Position numbers and translations under genes: made by a program. The notes below the pieces were generated by a model. It saw nothing but the letters and a program-made list of their open reading frames with translations. It made no database searches and was not told where the DNA came from. Shown in pieces: positions 10,058 to 19,194 of a DNA stretch of 64,000 nucleotides; within the stretch, counting starts at the first letter, position 1, and every line of letters begins with the position of its first letter. The DNA lies in IMG/VR virus record IMGVR_UViG_3300022752_000019, positions 32,001 through 96,000 of that record. One strand, written 5' to 3'. Source of the DNA: a virus.

Positions 10058-10342
10058 CTACTCGACAGGAGGTGGCGCTGGAGTACCGACGAATCCCGTG
10101 GTACCCGCAGTGATGGTTGAAGATGGATTTGTGACTGATCTACTCGTGCCGGTCGTCATCGGTTTCCCGGGACCAGCAGCCTGAAAGCGGGCGAGATTTT
10201 GTCCGGATGCACGGAAAGGCTTCGCGAGTCCTGGAGGAGTAATTCCATTTGCCGTCCCTGGAACACGGAGTCCGTCGGACTGGCTGTTGGACGAAAGTTT
10301 GATCATTTCATCCAGGAAAAAACTCCATACTGTCTCACGCAT
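10058..10342 (-). CDS. Small hypothetical protein (acidic leader ending KLSS, then Pro/Gly/Thr-rich)
   Basis: SD GGAGG; MRETVWSFFLDEMIKLSS. Confidence 0.6.
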   Translation of the reverse strand: MRETVWSFFLDEMIKLSSNSQSDGLRVPGTANGITPPGLAKPFRASGQNLARFQAAGPGKPMTTGTSRSVTNPSSTITAGTTGFVGTPAPPPVE

Positions 10343-10384
10343 GGCACCGCCTCCGAGTATTCAAAGACGGTGCCATGCTCGTCA

Positions 10385-11674
10385 TCAGACGTCGTAGCCT
10401 GCGTCCGCAAGCAGCCGAAGTGCAACCTCGTTCACGGCGTCGTCGTAGTCATACGCCGAAGACCGCTTCTCCTGGCCCTTCTTCCTGCGATCGTACAGCT
10501 TCTTGCCGCCGTAGGCGAGGCCGGTGGCAGCGACGGCCGTGCCGCCGCGAGCGCCGAGGATCTGACGCGCACGCTTTACCTTGTCCGGATCAAGGTCCTT
10601 GCCGTCCAACTTGCCATAGGCGGACCGGAAGAGACCTGGACCGTCCTTACCCGCGTCGAAGCCTTCGCCCTTCATGGCACTCATGTACGACCTGCCATAC
10701 CCCTTGATCTTATCCATGATGCCTTCCTTGGCATCGGCCGCAGCCTTGGGGTCCTCTGCTGCGATCTTCAGAAGCGCGTCGACCTCCATCTCGGTGAAGC
10801 CGGAACGCTTCTCCTGACCCTTCTTCCTACGGTCGTACAGCTTCTTGCCGCCGTAGGCGAGGCCAGTGGCAGCGACGGCCGTGCCGCCGCGAGCGCCGAG
10901 GATCTGACGAGCACGCTTGACCTTATCCGGATCAAGATCCTTGCCGTCCAACTTGCCGTACGCGGACCGGAAGAGGCCCGGACCATCCTTACCTGCTTCG
11001 AAGCCCTCACCCTTCATGGCGCTCATGTACGACCTGCCGTATCCCTTGAGCTTGTCCATGATGCCTTCCTTGGCATCATCCGCGGCAATCTTGTCAATCT
11101 CATCGGCGTAGGCGCGGGCCATGTGGCGACCCAGAATCTCTGCCTCGGCAAGCTTTTCCTGGGCGTCAGCTACCTTGTCCGTGGCGCTTTCGTCGCCGAG
11201 TTGCAGCGGAAGCACGTTCTCGACGTAGTGCTCGAAGAGCGCGGCGACGTCCTCTTCATCCATCTCCGAGAGATCGATACCCTCGGCAGATGCCGTCTTC
11301 TGGAAGAGATTAACGACCTCGTTGGATGCCGCTTCCTTTTCGGAGCCCTCAATCTGCTCCGGAAGCACATTCTCGACGTAGTGCTCGTAAAGAGCAACGA
11401 GCTCTTCCTCGCTCATCTCATCCAGGTCGATGCCTTCGGCGGCAGCGGTCTTCTCAAACAGTGCAACAATCTGCTCGTCCATGGCGGATGCCTCTTTCTT
11501 GGTGGAAGGTTGGGAAATGAACTGAGTGAACAGAGAACGGACCTGACCCTGGCTCAGGTCATCGAGATTGACTCCCTCTGCGGCAGCGGCCTTTTCGAAA
11601 AGGCGCACAGCGGCAGCTTTTTCGAGGTCCTCGGTCGTGACGCCCCGTACTTCAAGCTCCCGGAGGAGTGACAT
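10385..11674 (-). CDS. Scaffold-like internal head protein with acidic repeats and a duplicated 92-aa module
   Basis: Three LF(E/Q)K(A/T)A.AEG(V/I).L..(L/M) repeats, then two near-identical 92-aa basic modules; directly downstream of the protease. Confidence 0.75.
   Translation of the reverse strand: MSLLRELEVRGVTTEDLEKAAAVRLFEKAAAAEGVNLDDLSQGQVRSLFTQFISQPSTKKEASAMDEQIVALFEKTAAAEGIDLDEMSEEELVALYEHYVENVLPEQIEGSEKEAASNEVVNLFQKTASAEGIDLSEMDEEDVAALFEHYVENVLPLQLGDESATDKVADAQEKLAEAEILGRHMARAYADEIDKIAADDAKEGIMDKLKGYGRSYMSAMKGEGFEAGKDGPGLFRSAYGKLDGKDLDPDKVKRARQILGARGGTAVAATGLAYGGKKLYDRRKKGQEKRSGFTEMEVDALLKIAAEDPKAAADAKEGIMDKIKGYGRSYMSAMKGEGFDAGKDGPGLFRSAYGKLDGKDLDPDKVKRARQILGARGGTAVAATGLAYGGKKLYDRRKKGQEKRSSAYDYDDAVNEVALRLLADAGYDV
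10461..11077. repeat. Direct repeat, 2 x ~275 bp (10461-10735 and 10803-11077; period 342 nt)
   Basis: Manual alignment: about 23 nt differences, only 2 changing an amino acid. Confidence 0.92.
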
Positions 11675-13334
11675 GGTATCTCTCGGTGTGTGAGGAAACG
11701 GTTGGAGGGGCGTCTTCGGGAGCGTGTCCCTCAGCCTGCTGGCTCAATCCTAATCTAAGACCCGGCCAGTAGGCAACATGTAGCATGATGTTTGATAGCG
11801 CAACAGAGTCGTCAGCGACTTTTACATCATCGCCAATGTTGTCCGTAAACGCGGCAGGAAGGCTAACCGCTGCCAGATCTGGCTTCTTGTCTACAAGGCC
11901 CAGTCTATACATGTTGTACAGATCTGCAATCTCGTCCAGACCTTCAACCTCTTGTTCTTGCGGAAGCGGAAGAGCGGAGGAGTTTTTAATCATCCGAATC
12001 CGAATTGCAGCGGGCGCAAATGACCGCTGCTCAAGGAACGGACTCAGTAGCTCCATTACGGACTGCATGGCATCCTGCGGCACGAACGATGTCGCGTCGA
12101 ATGGAGAGGATGCCATACGGATTGGCCGGGGCGCAAACACGCAGTTGTTCTCGTAGAGATCATTTGCTAAATCTGGGTCTTTGCGAAGCAAAATAACCCG
12201 CATGAACTCACGAGGGCGAAGAATGAACCCAAGCCGGGCGGCTGCGCGAATGTTCGGACCTGGGTTGAGGGCCAGCGCGTCGAGGACATCGCGCGGCAAC
12301 ATTGGCAGACTCTCCTCTTCCTTGCGAAGGAGGCTCATCTGCGCGGGCGACGGAGCCGGGATGCGCTTCAGCATCTCAGCAACTTTGGAGAACCCGGCTT
12401 CCTTTTCTGTATGGAGATGGGGTGTATCTGCCTGAACTTCTGACGCGGATGCGATCTTCATCCCCATTGGTTGAAATGGGTAGATCGTCTGCGTGTACGC
12501 GTTGGAGCCGGACATCATCGGGGTGACGTTGGACATCACCTTTGCCGACCTCTCTGCTCCGACGAACACGAAGGAGTCATCGAAGAATCGGGGGTAGTCG
12601 TTGTAGACTCCGCACACTCTCCCATCCGGCAACATGGCCTTCATACCGTAGGGAGGGGCTGCTCCGCGCTGAACGTGCTTGCAGTACTCCATGGGAGTAC
12701 GCGCAATGAACCCACAGATCGAACAGCGATCATAGGGCACCTTGCTGCCCATACTCGAGTCTGGAAACTCTCCGTTCTCGATTCTTGAGTAGAGATCGAG
12801 CGCGCCCTGTTCCGCGCACATGCTTCGGATCAACTCGGAGACCAGAATGACGCGCTTCATGCGGTCATCCCAGAAGGCTCCGAGAATGAAGCCGTACGCC
12901 TTGTTCGGATCCTTATTTATGTGGTGCCGAAAACGATGCGCGTTGTAAAAGGTGGGGTATCCCCAGGTCAGAGATCCCCACCGAGGCAGTGCCTCAGTCT
13001 GGTTTGCAGCACGCCTCCTGGCATCGACGTCCCAAACAGGGATCTGTTCGAAACCCGGAGGAGTTCTTCTAAGCCCAGCTTCGGTGAACCAGTCACCTCG
13101 AAGATTGAACCCGACGTACTCTCCAGCACCCAGCGCCGAGTTCACGAGGTAGAGTCGACCCGGCTGGGCCTGGATCGACTCGATGAGCTCGATAACTTCG
13201 GGAAGATGCTCTCCGGAGGCAGTCTTGGAAAGACCATCGGTCTCTCCAAGGCCGTAAGACGATCCAGGCTCCACTCGATGAATGAGTGGAGCACCGGAAT
13301 CTGCTTTGCCGGAGAATAGAGAGTACTTCTCCAT
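11652..13334 (-). CDS. Prohead maturation protease
   Basis: FNLRGDWF, FRHHINKD, SSMGSKVPYDRCSICG...CKH resemble the His/Ser and Cys-cluster motifs of phage prohead proteases; lies upstream of scaffold and MCP. Confidence 0.75.
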   Translation of the reverse strand: MEKYSLFSGKADSGAPLIHRVEPGSSYGLGETDGLSKTASGEHLPEVIELIESIQAQPGRLYLVNSALGAGEYVGFNLRGDWFTEAGLRRTPPGFEQIPVWDVDARRRAANQTEALPRWGSLTWGYPTFYNAHRFRHHINKDPNKAYGFILGAFWDDRMKRVILVSELIRSMCAEQGALDLYSRIENGEFPDSSMGSKVPYDRCSICGFIARTPMEYCKHVQRGAAPPYGMKAMLPDGRVCGVYNDYPRFFDDSFVFVGAERSAKVMSNVTPMMSGSNAYTQTIYPFQPMGMKIASASEVQADTPHLHTEKEAGFSKVAEMLKRIPAPSPAQMSLLRKEEESLPMLPRDVLDALALNPGPNIRAAARLGFILRPREFMRVILLRKDPDLANDLYENNCVFAPRPIRMASSPFDATSFVPQDAMQSVMELLSPFLEQRSFAPAAIRIRMIKNSSALPLPQEQEVEGLDEIADLYNMYRLGLVDKKPDLAAVSLPAAFTDNIGDDVKVADDSVALSNIMLHVAYWPGLRLGLSQQAEGHAPEDAPPTVSSHTERYHVTPPGA

Positions 13335-13876
13335 CAGTCAGAACTCAAGAGCGAGCTGGTGGCCGCGCGCGCTCCCGTCTCTGCGGCGATATCGCGCGGG
13401 GCCTTCATCCTATTTTGGATGCTGGACAGCAACGCCGGGTCAAAGCGCGGTGCACTCGACGGATCGTCTGGATCCATGCGATTCGTCATGACCATGTCCA
13501 GGATCGTGCCGGCAATCAGTGGATCCTTAGAGTACTCAGGATTCATGCTTCTCAGTGTCTTAAATGCCATCCGTAGATTCGGATCATCGGGAGAGCCCAA
13601 CTGAGGGTTTACTTGTACGACTCTGCGTAGGTCACGGCTGAAGGTCAGCGCCCCCATCGTTGACTCAATGGCCCCAGGAACTTGTGACCCGGCGTACGCC
13701 AAAGTCGGCGCAGCTACTGCGAGTCCTCCAATCGCGGCCATGTTGGCCGGGGTCATAGAGATTCCAGCAACCTTGTTTAGCGAAGATGCCATCTTCTCCA
13801 GCTGCAAAAGGTCATGCTGACTCAGTTCACCACGGGCGTAGGCTGCGTACGCCTCTGCTGGCACGTTTACAGTCAT
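13334..13876 (-). CDS. KxA-motif virion protein (hypothetical)
   Basis: EKMAS and NKVAG followed by the hydrophobic AAIGGLAVAAPTLAYAG. Confidence 0.65.
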   Translation of the reverse strand: MTVNVPAEAYAAYARGELSQHDLLQLEKMASSLNKVAGISMTPANMAAIGGLAVAAPTLAYAGSQVPGAIESTMGALTFSRDLRRVVQVNPQLGSPDDPNLRMAFKTLRSMNPEYSKDPLIAGTILDMVMTNRMDPDDPSSAPRFDPALLSSIQNRMKAPRDIAAETGARAATSSLLSSD

Positions 13877-14949
13877 TTGGACTTTCCTCCTGGAGCCTTC
13901 TTAGGGTCCAATAAGCCAGACTTCTTGGCCGCAATCGCGCCCCCAACAAGTCCGACTCCAGCGACGGTCGAAAGAACCGGATGATCGCTAATTACCCGTC
14001 CGGCAGACTTTAACGCAGACGGGGAGATCTTACTGGCCGTCTTCTCTCCAAACAGCATAGAGGTCAGCGCACGATTCGCACCCTCAAGATCGTTCTCGAT
14101 CTCACCGAGTGCGATCTCAAGGTGAATGTGCCGCTCCTCAACCGCGGCGACCTTGGTAAACGCCGCCGGAAGAGGATGGTCCGGGTTGACGTCCCCATAC
14201 GATGCCGTCTTGGAGAGGTGCAGACCCGCAGTACGACCTTCCTTCGACAGAAGGTAAGCTGACAGATCGGACGCCACCTTTGTCGCAGTCTGCTGAGACG
14301 CGACACTCCAGTCCATGCCCGAGAAGCAGGCATGAAGTACGTCCTCAACAGCAATGCCATCTTTCACAGTGGCGTACGCAACCTTGGACAGCTCTCGGCG
14401 TGCGTGGAGGATCTCTCCCTCAGTCGACGCCAACTCCGCGCGAAGTGAGGCCGACGCCTCCTTCAGTGCGTCGTGGATTCGCTTCAAGTCGTGAAGACCC
14501 TGCGCCTGAGCAAACGGAGCACTGTGCTCGGTGTCTGCCTGCTTGATCACCTGGTCAAACGCATTCGCGGGCCTGAACTTGGGGGCACGAGGTGCTTCGG
14601 CTGAAGCAGTCTTTTCTGTCATAAGTCCACCAGCGAAAGAAGATGTACGCTTAGGCGCCGAAGCTACTTTTTCTGCGCGCAGAACTTCAGCCGCAACTTC
14701 CGCGTCCGGAGGATCGAACACGATGTACCGATCGGCGGAAGTACCCTCTTGCCTGTGCATTCGCTCGTATGTGTCGTGGTAGGTCATCTCGCAGATACGA
14801 CGAACATGCTCGGCTGTCAAGTTTGCGCCACACGCGTTTGCCTGCTTGACCACGGCCTCCGTCAGGGGCGTCCCGTTTGACAAGAAATCCGTGGTCGCCG
14901 CTTGCGCGAGACCCTGAAGGTATTCCTTGGTTACAGGATTTCCGAACAT
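13873..14949 (-). CDS. KxA-rich internal head protein (hypothetical)
   Basis: Likely start MFGNPV at 14949; the longer ORF would overlap the opposite HTH gene. About 9-10 KxA motifs; Gly-rich basic C-tail after the last EKTAS. Confidence 0.7.
   Translation of the reverse strand: MFGNPVTKEYLQGLAQAATTDFLSNGTPLTEAVVKQANACGANLTAEHVRRICEMTYHDTYERMHRQEGTSADRYIVFDPPDAEVAAEVLRAEKVASAPKRTSSFAGGLMTEKTASAEAPRAPKFRPANAFDQVIKQADTEHSAPFAQAQGLHDLKRIHDALKEASASLRAELASTEGEILHARRELSKVAYATVKDGIAVEDVLHACFSGMDWSVASQQTATKVASDLSAYLLSKEGRTAGLHLSKTASYGDVNPDHPLPAAFTKVAAVEERHIHLEIALGEIENDLEGANRALTSMLFGEKTASKISPSALKSAGRVISDHPVLSTVAGVGLVGGAIAAKKSGLLDPKKAPGGKSK
14618..14625 (+). promoter_or_regulatory. Candidate phage promoter motif GTCATAAG (inside antisense gene, ~340 nt before HTH gene)
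   Basis: Same motif as at the other plus-strand islands, but far from the start codon. Confidence 0.3.
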
Positions 14950-14967
14950 CGCCGACCCGGAGTGGAG

Positions 14968-15648
14968 ATGAAGTACACGATGAGTATAGCCGAGGCCGCA
15001 AGGTTTCTCGGCAAGACGGAACGAACCATCCGAAACTATATCAAGACGGCGCAACTTACAAGTGCCAGAAGAGGAAGATCTCGATTTCTCGACCCGGAAG
15101 AGGTCCAAGAATTGCTGGTCGAGGCAGACTCTTCTCGGGTAACCGCTGCCGAGATGCGCGCACTGCGTGCAACTGTACGCCGCCTCGAGGCACACGTCAG
15201 TGTCATTCAGCAAATGCTCGACCTCAAGAACGAGCCACTCGGAATGACTGACGAGTATGCACGAAGCCTACTGAGTGCTGCACTTGAGCAGTATGGTCGG
15301 CCGCACGGCAGCTACTCCATCAAAGAGCTCGAGGCGTGGGCAGGCATCTTTGCGCGCATGGATGAGTCGGACCTCCAGACACTCTGCGCCGCAACCTCGG
15401 CAACATCCTGGAAGCCCCTACTTCGCCTCAGTAGTCGAATGGTCTCTGAGGTTGCCGGCCGTGAAGACTACAAGACGTCACTTGAGGCGCAGCAAGTTCA
15501 TCGACTTCTGGCAGACGGCAGACGGAGGTTAAAAATCAGCATCTTCATCTACCTGGAGATGACGAGTCAGATCTTTTCAGAGATTGAAGAGACAGAGGTC
15601 AAGACCACGTTATTCGAGTCGCTAAAAAAACAGGTAAAACCGTCATAA
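14968..15648 (+). CDS. HTH (MerR/excisionase-like) DNA-binding protein with coiled coil
   Basis: MSIAEAARFLGKTERTIRNYIK...RFLDPEEV. Start at 14968 or the next Met. Confidence 0.75.
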   Translation: MKYTMSIAEAARFLGKTERTIRNYIKTAQLTSARRGRSRFLDPEEVQELLVEADSSRVTAAEMRALRATVRRLEAHVSVIQQMLDLKNEPLGMTDEYARSLLSAALEQYGRPHGSYSIKELEAWAGIFARMDESDLQTLCAATSATSWKPLLRLSSRMVSEVAGREDYKTSLEAQQVHRLLADGRRRLKISIFIYLEMTSQIFSEIEETEVKTTLFESLKKQVKPS

Positions 15649-15662
15649 CTACTTTGCGCACG
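15640..15662 (+). promoter_or_regulatory. Candidate phage promoter CCGTCATAACTACTTTGCGCACG
   Basis: 20/23 identical to 19195-19217; upstream A-tract; directly before a plus-strand gene. Confidence 0.6.
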
Positions 15663-15673
15663 GGAAGTGTAGC

Positions 15674-16132
15674 ATGAAGAAAACCCCCATTCGAAAGATG
15701 AAGCAACCGGTGGAAGCACCTGTCGCAGATGACGTGATTGAGCAGACACAAACAACGGAGAGTCGTACCGCCATGGCAAAGAAAGAGATGAACGCGTACA
15801 CCAGCTACAGCAACCTCATCGAAAACAAGATGGGCATCGGCCGCAACGGCAAGCGTGCGTTGCACGGGGGCATCGCTGCTGCGGGAACCTGGGCTGCTGG
15901 CCATTATGGCGGCGTCGGCATCATCGCTACCAACATGCCGACTGCGATTGGCATCGGGGCGGCAACGGGCTTCCTCGCCACTGTCGCCGCCGACAAGCTC
16001 TTCATCGACGACACGCAAGAGTTCCTGCTCGAGCTCTCTCGTGTCGAGTCCCTCAGCGAGGGCTCGAAGGATGCGCTGCGGGAGTGGGCGGCTTCGGACG
16101 AGGCCGCCAAGCTGTTCCGCAAGACCGGCTGA
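15674..16132 (+). CDS. Hypothetical membrane-associated protein
   Basis: Two Gly/Ala hydrophobic segments; alternative start at 15773 (MAKKEM, SD GGAG). Confidence 0.65.
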   Translation: MKKTPIRKMKQPVEAPVADDVIEQTQTTESRTAMAKKEMNAYTSYSNLIENKMGIGRNGKRALHGGIAAAGTWAAGHYGGVGIIATNMPTAIGIGAATGFLATVAADKLFIDDTQEFLLELSRVESLSEGSKDALREWAASDEAAKLFRKTG

Positions 16133-16138
16133 TTCGTC

Positions 16139-16172
16139 GACTGACGCCCTGGCTTCGGCCAGGGCGTCAGTC
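16139..16172. terminator. Perfect 15-bp hairpin with TTCG loop between convergent genes
   Basis: GACTGACGCCCTGGC-TTCG-GCCAGGGCGTCAGTC; no U-tract; contains the terminase stop codon. Confidence 0.6.
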
Positions 16173-19100
16173 CGTATCCAACTCTTTGTCAATTTTAGCA
16201 CTTGGAACGATGATGTCCGGCCTCGGATTGTCAATCATCGATACGACAAAGCAAAGCAGCAGCGCGTGAAAGCTGTCGTCTGTCGTATTGGGAGACTTCT
16301 TGTACTCCGTCATGCGCGTCCTCTCGTTGTACTCGGAGAAGATCGCAAGCATGTCAGAGCCAAAAGGACTACCAAACTCAGACCACTTCGGGAACCGGAA
16401 CACAGAGCGACGCTTGATGGCGTTGAACACCGCGCTCATGACTTCGGAACGATGAATCAAGAAGCGGCCCTTCGCCGAATCGAACTGCATGATCGTCTTT
16501 GGGGTCGAGTACTGATACCGGACGACTCGCTGTGATCCGTACAGCCTCAGCAGCTCATCGTTGGGCCAGTATCCTCCGCCGTAGTCCACTCCGACTCGAG
16601 TGACCTCAAAGGCCGCAAGAAGCTTCTTGATCTTCTCGATTTGCTGCTTCGGCTCTGCTTCTGCGCCAGAGAATCGGTGCGCAAAGATGATGCGAAAGAA
16701 CCCTTCGATGTACGCGCCGATCATCACGATCGTGTACGAGTTGTTTGAGTCCTGTCCCCAGTCAATCCCAGCGTACACCTGCTTGCCGCGAATTTTGGGC
16801 ATGATCTCTTTTAGCTTCTCTGCCTTAAACGAGAAGTCGGGATCACAGCAGGACTGGACATCGCCCTGAGTCAGCGGGCGCTGCCCGGAGTCAAAGCTTG
16901 CTCCCAGCACCTCGTTGTAGAACTTGGCTCGAGGGTATTGGTTGTACTTCGTGAGGATGTTGCTCCACTCAAGCCAGGGCACCATCAACTGCGGAATGCG
17001 GAAGCCCTCGAACACATCGAACTTTGGGTTCGGGTTTCCCGTGCGCACCCACTGGGCCATTGGATGATCTGGCCGAATGACCTCTCCGCACTTGTCGCAA
17101 GAGAGGCCACGGATGCCAATGTTTCGCTCCCCCAGGATGTTCCAGTGCCACGACCCGGGGTTGTTGGGCAGCCCGTGTCTCTCACACGGAACTGCCCACT
17201 CGTTCTGCGTAGAGTACGCGTCCCAGTAGACTTGGATCGAGTTGTCCAGGCTCTTTGGAGTGCCGCTATAGATGAACCACTTGAACGGGCTGTGAGAAGC
17301 TGCCTCCTCGATGACGGGGATGTTGTCCAGCAGCAAGTCCTGAAACTCGTCCATGCAGATCAGGTCTGCCGAGAGTCCGCGGCACCTGTCTGCATTGAGG
17401 AACGCATACCGAAGTTTGATCTCACTTCGGTTGATCGCCTTCTTCTCAAAGACGTTGTCCGTCAGATGCTGCGGGAACCAAGTCTTGAGGTCAGGGCAAG
17501 TCTCCAGCGGCTCCTTGAGGCGCGTCTTGGAAAACTCCTTGGTCTGTTGACTGGACGGAGAGACGTAGAGGATGCGGAAGTGCGGAATCAGACAAGCGTA
17601 AGAGAGCGTCTTGTTTCCCAGCGTGGTGCTGTTGTGCGTAAAGAGTGCTCCTGCAACAAAGTTGTGGTGTCCACGCACTGTCAGGTCAAAGCACCACTGC
17701 TCTCCTACATTCACAACCTCCTCAACTTCGTCCCAATAAATATCGGAGCGAAGATGAGCGCGAAGTAGGGCTACTTTCTCTGCGTCATACCGAACATCTC
17801 CCTCAAAAAAGACGACGAATTCTTCGAGCTTCTTCCGGGTAAGCGTGTACTTCGCCCGTGGGAGGCGCTCGATTCCGGCGGCACGCAAGGTTCTGTCGCC
17901 CTTCGTGGGCCGCACCGAGTTGTAGATGTCTCGGACAATGTGAGTCACCTCCTCCGGATACGTGTCACGATTGGAGTTGGTGTCCCAGTTGGCGAGGTCC
18001 TGTCGCTCAATCTTCCCCAGAGCGCCGATCTCACGCACAAACGCCCGGACCCCATCCTGAGTCTCCACACGAAGAATAAATGCGACCTTTTCTTCTCCGC
18101 GCCTCTTATAGATCGCGGGCCAGTTCTTTCGAATGGAAGACGGAATTCCGAACTTCCACAGCAGGGCCTGGATCTGTCGAATCATGGTGTGCGACATCGA
18201 GCAGTACTCGATGGACCACTTTGAGGTCGTGTCTTGCTTTACATGCCCATCAGTCGCCCATAGTCGATTCAAAAACAGCGCAGTCTGGGGGCGCGAGAGA
18301 TGAAAGACCCATTTCGGGATGAACTTGGTGTAGGAGGTCTTCCCCAGGAGGTCGTCTTCTTCAAACCAGTCGTAGAGCTTCTGGGCGCGGTACTTCGGAA
18401 GCCGGAGAGCTACTGCCTCTGTTCCCGGTTTGTCCGAAACACCGTAGGTCATCCCCTCCAGTGCCAACTCATTGATAAAGTCGGACAGTACTACATCTGT
18501 CGCGTTCGTGAACGACATTCCAGATGAAGAACAATGGCCGTCTCCGAGCATGAACGCCGTGAGCTTGACCCGAGAGTCTGGCTGCGCAGAATCGGCGAAC
18601 TCCCCCGCACGCCGCACGACTGCGATCCGGTCTCCTACGCGTACATTTCCCGCATCACGCCAACCACCCCATCTGCGGATGGGGTGGGTCGTTGCAAGCG
18701 TGGCCTCATGTCCTTGCCGGGTACGAACACGAACACAGGGCTTGCTGTATCGAGCCGACTTCCAGGTCACCTCAGACGAAGTGGCTAAGTGCCCACTCCC
18801 GAGCTCTACTCCCGGCGCCACCTCGTCAGTGTTGAGACAAACAAGGCGGTCCCCGGGCTGGACGTCCTTGATCGGAACGTGTTGGCCGGTCGAAAGGAGG
18901 ACAAGCTCGTCCTCGTGAACCGTTTTTTCCACCTGTCTTCCGCACATGAGAAGTACGCGCGGAGACTGAATGTCGTAGATCTGTCGAAGGTAACGGCGCT
19001 CTGCGAATGAGAAGTTCTCCAACTGCCGTGTATGTGGGTTGGGCATCATCATCGTCGTCTCGATGAACTGAGACGGCGTCAGAGGGATCTGCGCGTTGCG

Positions 19101-19187
19101 CAGATCCTGCTCGGAGATCTTTACTGTGTCTCCTCGTGGAGCGGCGTAGTCCCATGGACCTGCCAGGAGGGAGTTAGAAAAACTCAC
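16167..19187 (-). CDS. terL: Terminase large subunit, intein-interrupted
   Basis: Spliced Walker A GRQVEK|ST; Walker B ICMDE; SGTP coupling motif; nuclease YAGIDWG, GVDYGGG, TDDSFHA. Confidence 0.9.
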   Translation of the reverse strand: MSFSNSLLAGPWDYAAPRGDTVKISEQDLRNAQIPLTPSQFIETTMMMPNPHTRQLENFSFAERRYLRQIYDIQSPRVLLMCGRQVEKTVHEDELVLLSTGQHVPIKDVQPGDRLVCLNTDEVAPGVELGSGHLATSSEVTWKSARYSKPCVRVRTRQGHEATLATTHPIRRWGGWRDAGNVRVGDRIAVVRRAGEFADSAQPDSRVKLTAFMLGDGHCSSSGMSFTNATDVVLSDFINELALEGMTYGVSDKPGTEAVALRLPKYRAQKLYDWFEEDDLLGKTSYTKFIPKWVFHLSRPQTALFLNRLWATDGHVKQDTTSKWSIEYCSMSHTMIRQIQALLWKFGIPSSIRKNWPAIYKRRGEEKVAFILRVETQDGVRAFVREIGALGKIERQDLANWDTNSNRDTYPEEVTHIVRDIYNSVRPTKGDRTLRAAGIERLPRAKYTLTRKKLEEFVVFFEGDVRYDAEKVALLRAHLRSDIYWDEVEEVVNVGEQWCFDLTVRGHHNFVAGALFTHNSTTLGNKTLSYACLIPHFRILYVSPSSQQTKEFSKTRLKEPLETCPDLKTWFPQHLTDNVFEKKAINRSEIKLRYAFLNADRCRGLSADLICMDEFQDLLLDNIPVIEEAASHSPFKWFIYSGTPKSLDNSIQVYWDAYSTQNEWAVPCERHGLPNNPGSWHWNILGERNIGIRGLSCDKCGEVIRPDHPMAQWVRTGNPNPKFDVFEGFRIPQLMVPWLEWSNILTKYNQYPRAKFYNEVLGASFDSGQRPLTQGDVQSCCDPDFSFKAEKLKEIMPKIRGKQVYAGIDWGQDSNNSYTIVMIGAYIEGFFRIIFAHRFSGAEAEPKQQIEKIKKLLAAFEVTRVGVDYGGGYWPNDELLRLYGSQRVVRYQYSTPKTIMQFDSAKGRFLIHRSEVMSAVFNAIKRRSVFRFPKWSEFGSPFGSDMLAIFSEYNERTRMTEYKKSPNTTDDSFHALLLCFVVSMIDNPRPDIIVPSAKIDKELDTD
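17631..18923 (-). mobile_element. Intein with LAGLIDADG homing endonuclease (431 aa) in terminase Walker A
   Basis: Begins TVHEDELVLL..G...IKDV; has TTHP block B, FMLGDG and LWATDG endonuclease motifs; ends FDLTV..HHNFVAGALFTHN|S. Confidence 0.9.
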
Positions 19188-19194
19188 AGTTTCT

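Noticed and set aside
10199-11671. 490-aa plus-strand ORF with internal repeat
   Set aside because: Antisense to ORF 10385-11674; repeat differences are synonymous in the minus-strand frame.
14950-15213. N-terminal extension of ORF 13873..15213
   Set aside because: Overlaps the well-supported HTH gene on the opposite strand; start reassigned to 14949.
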